From NCBI GenBank assembly GCA_965153455.1, contig OZ234493.1:21256213-21320212 (forward strand): DNA of 64,000 bases, written 5' to 3'. This document shows, one piece after another, positions 53,201 through 64,000 of the stretch. The translations under genes were made by a program, and so were the position numbers. The stretch's first letter is position 1, and each line of letters starts with the position of its first letter. The DNA comes from Sphagnum compactum. Lineage: Eukaryota. The notes below the pieces were generated by a model. The model was not told where the DNA came from, did not search any database, and saw only the letters and a program-made list of their open reading frames with translations.

Positions 53201-55699
53201 TTAGCACTACTAAAAACAAAATGTTGCAAAGGTAAAACTCATAAATGTAATAATTGCAATGTTTCAAAAGTTACAAATGGGAAGTAAACATTTGCAAGAG
53301 GTGAATAGTATTAAATATCTTGTCTTTGTGAGGAAGATAATCAAGGATGTTGAAGAAAACTTCACTAAAACATCACAATGTGGAGATGGAGTTCAATGTG
53401 ACAAGGCTAAAACTATGTTGGAGGTGAAAGAGGTTTCATAATTTAATTTGCATCAACTCGAAAAAACATGTAGCCAAGAATGAAAGTTCAAAATTATTTT
53501 TATCATTGTGAAGACCTTATTTTCAGTTAACCATTGGATGACTTATTTTGCTCACCAAATTATGCTTGCACATTCAAGTTTTTTCCTAGTTATAAGGGTG
53601 CAAACATTTGGACCTCATTGTTATATTTGACTAGAACTACACTTGCCTTTTTAATAAACACACAAGGACAAATGCAAAAAACAAACCTTTATTTTTAAGG
53701 AACTAGAAAATATTATACTTGGTTAAGAAAAACCCAAAAATCACATATGGAAGGAAATGCCTTGACAATATAAATTGAAGCTAATTAATGCACTTGCACA
53801 TAATTGGATAGTTTAACTTGTGGACTTTCATTTTCCATTACATACATTGTTAGATCAAACACCTTATGCATGGTGTATGTTTGATCCAACAATAGATGGC
53901 CAAAACTTCACTAAAATACATGCACAACATACAAATAAATCCCCAATGATGATGAGGATGACATAATTGGCCATCTATCTAACTTTCTTTTGCATTTATT
54001 TATAATTAAAAAAATACAATTCAAGTTCAAGTCCAAGCCGTGTTTCATTTCAAATTTCATTTCACTAGTATTAACAACAATATAATAAATATAATAAAAA
54101 CATTAAATGGCATGCAAACTAAAAAGATATCATCTTAAAGACTAAACATTTTTTGAGCTAGTTCACAAGGGCAAGTAGACAATATACACAATTCGACAAT
54201 AATTAAATCTAAACTCAAGAAAAAACTATGAAATTCCGAACTCAAGGCTAAATTTGTAATGTTAAATGTGAAGCAAAAATATATATAATGTCTTGGACAA
54301 TCACTATTGGATTCTTCTTATTGTTAGACTTTTCCACCTTAGTACCACCTTCAATCATATCATCACATTGAAACACAATCCAAGTCTATAGTCATAGTAC
54401 ACCATTTAAATAAAACAAGGTTTCAAGCTAGAGTTAAAATCATCATCTCCTATCACATGAATTAACACTTACATAAGTTAAAACCTAGGCATTTGAATCT
54501 TGAGGTTCATCAAAATTGTAAAAAATAATAATCCGTAATTTAGATCAAATGAATTTTAAAACGATAAAACAATACCCAAGCATTTTTAAAGCCTATAATC
54601 AATGCTAAAGTTTTTCACTAATAAATGAAGTGCAAAATAGGCAAAAGCCAATTGAAAACATGGATCATTAGTGAGGTGTGATGAATAACAACCCAAAAAG
54701 TCCATCCTCAAAGTTTGTGACCAATCAGAAATAAAATGTAGAATAGGCCAAACCCAAATACGAAGAAAAAATGGGTCAATAATGAAACATGAATTACCAC
54801 CTAAAATGCATTATTTTGGATTTTTAAAAATCTTATTTACAATGATGCAAATTTTCTTGTTAAGTCTACATTGGGTGAACCACTATTTACATCAATACCA
54901 CGGTAAAAATCCCAAACATTTCAAGGGGCATTATATATATATATATATACTTGGACTCCACGTTGTTACACAATACCAGTGACGTTCAACCTTCTTTTCT
55001 TTTATCATGTTCCCATTTGATTTTCAATATCTTGTTATTATTTATATCAATTTCAAATTTAATTAAAATTTTATTAAACATTATATCCATGATGGGTAAG
55101 GTAAAAGAGGGAGGTAGTTATTAACCAAAAAAAATGAAGTAATTATTAGTAAAAAATTGAGGTAGTTATGAGTTGTCTCTTAAATTGTCCCTGGAATTGT
55201 CCAAGGATGACCACATGATAGATTCTATGAGCCTACGAAAGATTATGCAAAATCACCCTTATACTAGCTCTTCAAATTTTTGTCATTCAAATAAATAAAT
55301 AAATATATATATATATGGTCCTCAGATCACAAAATCAAGGTCTTTGAATTCATATTTGACATTTCCCAAGACAAAAATAACCTCTAAGAGACTTCACTCA
55401 AGAAGACAAAGGAAGCATTATAGGTGTTAATTCACCTTAGCCATTAAGTTTATAAGTAAAGTCAACAAAAATTTGGAAAACCTATTTTACACACCTAAAA
55501 ATGAACTCTTTCAAGTTATTAAACTCAAATAATTGATGAAAAACACTTTCTAAAGATTGGGTTCTAAAATGATGACACCACAACATAATCCAAGTAAAAG
55601 AAAAGAAGAGTAAAATAAAATTGAAAGAAATGAAAATAAAATAAAATCTTAGAATTTCTCATGTTTTTTACACAAAATCAAAGATCTCACTAGGCTGCA

Positions 55700-58600
55700 C
55701 CAATATAAAGACATTGGCGTTCGAATTAAACCCTTGTTTTAATGACCAGAAGTGCAGAGCTTGAGAAAATTTGTGGTTCTTGGTAGAGGGTCAAAGCTCT
55801 TCCTCACCTTGCACAAATACCTTGATACATTGAGGATTTTAGTTTTGGAAATATCTCACAAAAAGAGATGGGAAATAAGCTAAAAGACAACTTACAATTT
55901 GTTAGGGCACATGAGATGAAAAAACCCTAGGAACAAGTAAGGTACCCATTGTAGCAGGGACATCAGCCATATTCTTCGTCTTAAGGTGCTATTCTTCATG
56001 TCCCCAAGAAACTTTAACAAGGTGGTAGGTTTAACAAGGTGGTAGGATCATCATATTATCATGCCAAGTTTCCAATATTTCCAAAAGAATTGGAGGAAAA
56101 TTTGGAAACCGTGTCTTTCATTGTAAAATGTGGTTCTTCCAACAAAAATTTGCCACTTTTGTGAATAAAGAAAATTTAAAACACTTAATAAGTAATTGGA
56201 TCTGTTTGTCCCAATGGGTTGCAAATATCGGGGTTTTTTTTTCTTTCCAATGTTGTGATACCAAAAAAATTGTGTTTTTTCCCCCCAAAAAAATAGCAAA
56301 ATTGGTCAAATTTACACTACAACATCAAAATGATTCCAACAAATTGTCAAGAAAAATACTGGTTGCAATCACCCAGTTAGAAAGAAAGGTGACCTGGATG
56401 GAACCTTCCAGTTGGTGATGAGATATTACTTATATATATTAAGGAATTCTGATGATTTGCTGGGATGGGTCGGAATGATGAAATTATGAATGAAACCTTT
56501 TAAAGTCGGTGACATTTTTTAAAGCAAATATATTAGGTTCCCTGATGATTTATTGTCAATTGAAATGTTTGATGATGAAAAAGCTTTCATGCATAAGACC
56601 AAAGAATTCATGACCCCAATTGGCCACCTTCCAACAACAACAACAACAACATCAGTCAACAATAATGGACATTGGAGAGATACAAATTGGATGGTGGAAC
56701 CTGGTGTTGGGTGCAAGCAAAGCAAAGCTCTACATATTAGAGACTCTTGGATGCACACCCCCCAACAGTTCCAATGCACCATTATTGAGGACCTTTTTCC
56801 AATATCATTTCCTACACAAGTTGGCTACCTATCATAGGCCATTTGCATGAGAAATGCAGTTTACTGGGGCTGTCATCATCCCAGGTACCCACCACAAGAT
56901 TCTTGATTAAAAAAATGGTATCAATTTATGTATAGGAGAAGGGCCTGTGTACATGGAAGGGCCTGTACTCTCAGGTCCTTTCCCCTTGTAAAGCAGAGCT
57001 GGGATTTTTTCACTTTGTAGAAATAGTGACAGGCTGGCTGGTACCTTCCACTACAGAAGATCCCCCTTGCTGAAAACAGTTTTCTTCAGGCAGGTAAAGG
57101 GAGCTGAAAATACAAAGGAAAAATCCAGGCAGTGCTTTACATATGAATGTAAAGATTAAAGACCCGCTCCGGTTATGTTAGTGTAATTGGATGGCATGTT
57201 GCCCACAGCATTTGATTTTCTGACATGTTGTCCTGTTTTTCCAGGCGGGGGTATCAGGAGAAAAATTGGAGCATGTGTACTTAATTAAGCTCGATAAAGC
57301 CCTTGGCCAAATTGGCTTTACTGGAGTGTGTTTTCATGACAAACCAAAAACTTAAAGGACAGAAACTCCAGTTAGAACTTGGAAGTAGAAAGGGATACAA
57401 ATTTTGAACTTGAGATTGTGAATGATGTGAACTTGCAAATGAGAAGGAAGACATGCTGAAGTGGGTACCAATTTGAGAAGCAAGTGACTTGACCCAAACA
57501 CATGGACAATTTTTCCAGTTTGGGTGTTGGAAACTATGCTTTCAGTTGTAGGCAGCCTGCCATCTTGAGCACTGGAAAGGATTTTTTCTCAAACTCATGT
57601 ACATGATGCAATGGAGAAATCATCTCCCTAGCAAAGGCTAAAAAGTACATGGATGGATGGCAAAAACTGTAGCAGAAAATGGTGACATTGGTGAGTGGTG
57701 AAGATCTACATGCTCTCAAGGCTCTCTCTGGCATGCATCAGTTTTCTACCCCTTGCTTTTTTAGCCACTACAGTTTGACAATATTTGTTGGATTGTCACA
57801 AGTTAACGATTAAAAAATGTCACAGGTTATTGATACCATTGACAAGTGAAAGCGCTTGACAATGGTGAACCAGGCATGGCCTCCTTTTCTGTCCCCCACC
57901 ACAATGGTATTCTCAAGCTTGGTATTTTGTGATATTTTTTTATTGCTTGTGCAATGTGCCTCTCAATAAGTACTATGGAATTGGTCAAGCCCCTGCCCAT
58001 TATGTTGGATAAGGCACCAGTGAGCCCGTTAGAGCAAGGTAGGTGATGCACCCAGGGCAATGCCATTCCATGACATTAAGGTTTGGGGCGGCAGATTCAT
58101 TGAATTGGGAAAAGAATTATGTTCAACGGACACATTTGGGTCAAATTTATGCATGTATGATCATCACTGGAAGATTACAACATATAATGCGATCAAGAAA
58201 ATGACTTAATCTGCCATTCCAGACCTTAATGTTAACTTCACCTGTTGGTCTTGTCCTGTGAGTCAGAATGTCCCTGACAAAGTCGAAGAAAATGGAACCC
58301 TAGATCCTTGCAGCATTTCCATTCTAGTTCCCCTTTTGAGCACTCTCATATATTAACTTCTTAAAGGTGAGTCTTGCAGGTGCAGCTATATGCACTAATG
58401 CATGTGGCAAGCTGTTGCATGGAATTGTCATGCTGATTTTAGAGTCTCTTTCTGTGTGTCGGGTACCATGTTCTCAGGTTGTAGACTATCATGCCATCCC
58501 TCCCTCAATACTTCCTTTTGGTACACAGCAACATAGTGCTTGAAAGAATCCAAGGAGAGGAGATGACAGAATGATATATACATATATATCACATGAGTGA

Positions 58601-59450
58601 GAAGATTCCAGATCCTGCAGGCTTAGTAAAAGAGTTGCAGAATTGCCTCATGTGCTGCTCATGCACTACGTCTTACTTGCTGGCTGTGTACAGAAACTGC
58701 AGATTTTTTTGACTATGTCAAAAGTAGTGCTTTTCTATATTTTGATTGCTATGGATTTGCAGAAAATAAGTGTCTGTTTTACTGTCTTTTAAGACATCTG
58801 GTTCAAGCAAATGCTAAGTGGAGGTTGGGCTTGCAGAAAGGTGGGTTCAGACCAGCAGCTAGTGACACAGGTAAACCCACCATAATTTGGCCTCATGGTA
58901 CTGCCCATTTCTCTGCTATACTGACTTTTTGATTGTATCACACACACAGAAAACTGGATGCATCTGAAACGCACTAAAGTTTGAAGAGCTTATCATGTTT
59001 TGTAGCTTCCATACCTCTTCATAATTCTTGTCTCGAGGGTTCTGTTCCATGTCATAAGCAAAGGCCTATTCGAGTGAGCAGTGCTGTGTGAGAGAATGCT
59101 GAAGTTGTTTGCTGATGGATTACAGCCACGACCTCTGCCAGTAAAGAGTTCTCCTGTTGCAGTGCATCAGGCAAGTGCTTGAGGTACAACTTAACCCTCC
59201 CATTGTTTCTTTCTTCTCTGGGACTCTTTCTATTTTCCTGTTCTCCACATTACTCAGACAGTGGTGATGGAATCGGCATGGTGATGGCCATTGTCTGTTT
59301 GCTGGCCATGGACATTGCCAATGATTTTCAAGAGTGAATGCTTAGTTGTGCCTTTGAGCAACCAATTACTTCACAATTCCTGAAAGTGCTATCAATGCCT
59401 TCTGAAGAGTAGAGTCCTCATGCAAGCAAACGAGTTGAATAACCACTTCC
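55700..59450 (+). pseudogene. Gene-like island with splice signals and broken protein-like frames; possible pseudogene or lncRNA
   Basis: Higher GC than flanks, with splice-like sites (TATAG|GAG ~56935, CAG|GTAAAG ~57093, TTTTCCAG| 57244, AAAG|GTGAGT ~58366). Fragments such as FPDDLLSIEMFDDEKAF and ERMLKLFADGLQPRPLP, but no intact ORF. Confidence 0.35.
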
Positions 59451-62317
59451 ACTAATCAATATTTGTAAAGGAACTAAGAGAGTTGCAAGATGACATTCTC
59501 ACAATATCTCTTTTTGTAATCAAACAATAACAACTTGCTACCAAAACCCGATATATTGTGCACTCGAATGATTTGATCAACATACACAAAACATGGTCAT
59601 ATTTCTTTGTGACATGAAAAGAGATCTCCAACAATAAAAAGTGTTCTTGAATTCATCCATTTTGATTTTCATGGGTGATTATATTGTTGGTGTTGGACCT
59701 ATTCTAATTACACAAGTTTCCAATATTTCTTTGTGTTAATTGGGCTTTGAATTGCGTACACTTATGCAATCATGCAAGTTTTAGAACAAAATTGGAAATC
59801 ACTTATCAAAATTTAAACAAAAGACTTTACGAATCTACAACTAGATGAAGGGTCATTGTAATAATTGAACCTAAGTTGAGGGTAATTGTTCTCTTATTGT
59901 TGATTATTGTCAACTTTTTCACATAATTCCTATGGAGACATTGAGGCGCATGTGTCGTCACAAGCTTTTTGAAATTAATTGAAAATAATGGATGATTTTT
60001 TTCATCTATTTAATAAGCATTCATCATTTATCACCAACGTATTTTTGAAGCTCATTGGATTATGTTGCCTATTAATGTCTATTAATGTCCATCCTCTTCA
60101 TAGATGCATGAGATTATTCTTCAACATTTTCAACTCATAATCTAACAATAGAACCTTGTTTGTTTTGATTTTGGAACTCAAAATCATCAATTTTTCTTTG
60201 TATTTTTTTCCTTGTGGAAACAAACCATGTTATATGTAGTGACTTTGTGGGTGTTAGTTAATATGATTTTTGTAATCTAAATTGCGATCTATTATTGAAA
60301 TGTTTGTTGATGTGTTTCTAAAACTAAATTTGAGCATTTCACGCATGATGTTTTGTAAGTCATGCACATTCACCTTATTTCCTTTGTCACTCATGCTTTC
60401 AATTAAAACAAAAAATTCAAACACATATATGATGTTAAAATTCAATGCAAAAATATAATTTCAATATATTTAAGGGTGATTTAAATAAATGGATATTGAA
60501 ATTTTAGATAATTATGGGGTGAGAAAAATTAGAGCTCCTCACATAATGCCCCCCAAGCAATACCTTCTTCTATGATTGTAATAAGAAAAAATTAACACAC
60601 AATGAACCTCATAGGTTCAAAGTTCAACCCAAAATTTTATCTTGAAATCATACATTGACACGAAATCATTTATATTTGTTTGGAACCAACATCACTATGT
60701 GAATGATGATATAATATGTACAAAAAATTTCTTATTTCACATTTTGAATTTAACAAACATGACAAAAATTCTTTACAAATAATTTTTAAAAAATTAGTCC
60801 AAATTCACCATGAAAAAAATGTTGATATAAAATGGTGAAATATTTTCAATGTAAATTGAATTTTAATTTAATAACTTTGAAAGAACAAACTAGTTCTTCA
60901 AATGTCATTCACAATTTGGTTTTTTGTTTTAGCCAAATCTCATGGGATCTATGTAAGTAATGAGTTCATTTCCTTTAGATCTTACTTATGAACTTTCCAT
61001 TTTGATAAGTCACTTGATACTTTTGGGTATTCTAACTAACTACACCAATTGCAATATTTAATGTGGGTTCAAAATTAATGTGGTTCACATTTCACATTTT
61101 GTAAATTTGTGTACAACATTCATAATAAAAGCATAAAATTAAAATATTAGAATCCTACATGGGGTTCATGGTCATACATTAGTGTGGGTTTTGACTAGGA
61201 TTCTCCATGCATAAATTTGGTTTTTTCTTCCATAATGATTTTTAAAATTTGAATTCCAATGACGTTGATTTCATCGGAGCTAGTTTAGGTGGGATGGGCT
61301 ATAGTCGTAGGTCATACAAAAAGACAATTCCAAACTACAAATTTATAAGAACTCGATTCCAAATTGGAATTTCTAAAAAATAAATATTTTACAAGTTTTA
61401 ATGTTTCAAAATGTCCTTATGGATCCTAAGATATCGAAAGAGGAACAAATCTTTTTATTTTTTTCAATGTCTTTTGGAATCTTTGTGTCCTTCCAATTTT
61501 TTTCAATCATTGTGGTTTTCCAATGTCATACACATGTTTACATGTAATTTCATACAAATGTAAATATGTGTTATTTCATTTTAATATGTTGAGATTATTT
61601 CAAGAGATTAACATGTTTTTTTTTCTTCGAGATTAAGCTAGTTTCCAATAAATTTTTTCCTTTAAATACTTAATTCAAGGATTCAATCCCCACTTGCTTA
61701 GCTGATTTAATGTTTATCCACCCTAATTGCTTCCAAAAGTCCAACGAATTAAAACCAGGGGTGGTTGATTAGATCTCCCCTTGGATGATAATTGGGCGAT
61801 GTTCTGTGCAATTTGAATCCTATATATATTTGAAAATAACAATTTTTAAAAATGTAAACCCTTATTTTTTTTGTCATTTCATTGTCACCGGTAATGCATA
61901 GCAACATGGAGCCCAAGTTTTTTTTGCTACAGTCATTGAATTTTCTACTAAAAACACACACACATTTTAAAGTTAATAAAAGATTTTTGTTTGTTTTTGA
62001 AAAAATCTAGAAACAATTAAAATTCACTATTGAATGATCACAAGTTGCATTATTTATGAATAATGATAAGTAATGTGAACCACATCAATTATCATAATAA
62101 ATGTAAATAGTCTAATTATAAAATGATTGGTGTTGTCTTACAAATAAATTTCGATCCATGAAATTTTGATTCTTGTACAAGTTGCATGTAGAATATGGTT
62201 TAAAGTTTTTGGTGAAGGTTTCAATTATACAAATCAAATTTTTGTTAAAATTTCTAACGTAAGGTAAAGTTCAAGGTGAATCATTTCCAAAATATGGGGG
62301 CCTAGGACAAGGTAATA

Positions 62318-62515
62318 CTTTAGTACCTTGGCCAATTCGACACAAATTATATGATTTTTAGAAATGTTGAATTTTCAAAAATTATTTCTTCCAATCAAAA
62401 AAATATAATGAAAGAAAAGAATGGATATTTAAGAATATTCCATTTGTTGAGATGAATGTTTCAAAATTAATTAATTATTCAACGGACATGTGTTGAAATG
62501 GCCAAGGTACTACGG
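62318..62515. mobile_element. Tc1/mariner (Stowaway-like) MITE (~198 bp)
   Basis: TIR core TAGTACCTTGGCCAATTCGACACA vs TGTGTTGAAATGGCCAAGGTACTA (22/24 complementary), flanked by TA on both sides. Confidence 0.8.
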
Positions 62516-64000
62516 TAGTCAAGTCTAGGTTTTAACCATACATTTTTGTAATGTCACCACCCAACACCACAAGAAAGTATGGACACAATTCACTAAACAT
62601 TTAGTTCATTTTGTAGTGAAATTCATGGAAACTCATTAAAATAAAATTGTAAGGGGAAATGTGAACAACAAATGAACAATTAATGAATTAGGAAACATGT
62701 TATTGACAAAGTGGAGTTATGTAGTTTGTACCAATGTTATCCAATTCTTGATTTTGAAAAAAAAAACCTTTGGTTTTAGTTTTTAAATCTTTTTTGTGTT
62801 TAATAGAACCTCCAATGTAATTTTGAAAATGGTTTTGTGGATTTTTGATATTTCCCCAAAAGAATGAAGCCTAGTCTAATTTAAGATTGGGTTCACTTCC
62901 ATCTACATTGCACCCATTTAAAGTCTTTTTTTGTTATATTAATTTTGTTCAAGTAATGTACATGCCCAAGAATGAAGATTCTGTGTTAATTCTAGCAAAG
63001 ATGGTACAACAAAACTTGTTTAAGTGGATGACAATCCCAAGAGACATTTATATCTTGCAAGATGATTTTTTAAAAATTAAACTTGAAATTTTATGTTGCA
63101 AGATCATCAAGACAATGCAAAACTCAAATTCATTTACAAGATGATCAAAAACAAAAATATAAGTTGTGGAATGTAACATGGATATCAAACATCACACAAC
63201 CTACACAAAAATTCTCATCAGAATTTTGATTGTCTAATTTCACAAATCGTCAAAATGTGAGAATAAACAAAACACACAACATTGTCATGACAAATTTGAT
63301 GAAATAATTTCATAAATTGTCAAAACATGATGAGTACACACAAACACAAAAATTGTCATGACATGATCAAAAGCATGTGCAATTTATTATCAGAACACAT
63401 GAAATCATAATGAATAAACATTGTAAACATATAATTGTCATGACATTATCAAAAAACATTGTTGACATAATTAGAAATTACTCATAACATCATGATGGGT
63501 AAACAAACATTATCATGTCACATATTATTTTGTGACTATTGATTCATTTCAAGAACTCAAAATTGTAGGTTAGACACCCACCTTATAAATTCACCTTGTA
63601 GACTGTAGATAAAAGAATTGGTAAATTGAAGTTGAAATTTTATAGTCATGGAAGTGGAAATTCAATTTCATGAGAAGTCTATTTGATCATGTAATTTTGT
63701 TTTGATATTGTAGGATTCATGGAGCAAATGAAAATGAATGTTGTTCATACATGATTGTTTAGATTTTTTAAAATCATATCTTAATCAAATATGTACAAAA
63801 TGAATGCATGTATTCAAAAAATAGATTTAAAATTAAAACCTTACAATACTTTTGAAAAAAAATTTAAGTAATTTTTGTTTTAATTTATCCATAGTCAACT
63901 AACATATGTAAAATAATTGATTATTTTAAAGATGTTTTCCCCAATAAATCAAATTAAATAATTTTATAAAATATATGTGCCTATACCATATGGGTCATTA

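Noticed and set aside
56934..56988. Imperfect hairpin AGGAGAAGGGCCTG...CAGGTCCTTTCCCCT
   Set aside because: Too short and mismatched for a miRNA precursor; partly explained by a local GAAGGGCCTGT duplication.

Overview
Eukaryotic plant nuclear DNA with spliced GT-AG genes, CT/GA microsatellites, plant telomere-type motifs and AT-rich, CpG-poor intergenic DNA full of decayed transposons. Gene and repeat style suggest a moss (Sphagnum-like); this is inference. Four protein genes can be built by hand: (1) a ~1550-aa coiled-coil tether-like protein on + (6823-12304), whose conserved N-terminal AAGKKR|FDEYRQK motif lies in a 51-nt exon missed by the ORF track; (2) an organellar-type adenylate kinase on + (28247-30609); (3) a STAR/QKI-type KH-QUA RNA-binding protein on - (38632-36050); (4) a SPIRAL1-like protein on - (46395-45584). 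Intergenic DNA holds an L1-type LINE relic, a CRE-like non-LTR relic interrupted by a 4.6-kb hAT element with TIR/TSD, a second hAT relic, three MITEs with TIRs/TSDs, and several tandem arrays, including an 11x46-bp minisatellite upstream of SPR1. Two gene-like but ORF-less islands (~30.7-36.0 kb and ~55.7-59.4 kb) remain unexplained. No CRISPR, rRNA or tRNA was seen. No clearly new biological system is demonstrable from sequence alone; the best leads are listed in findings.
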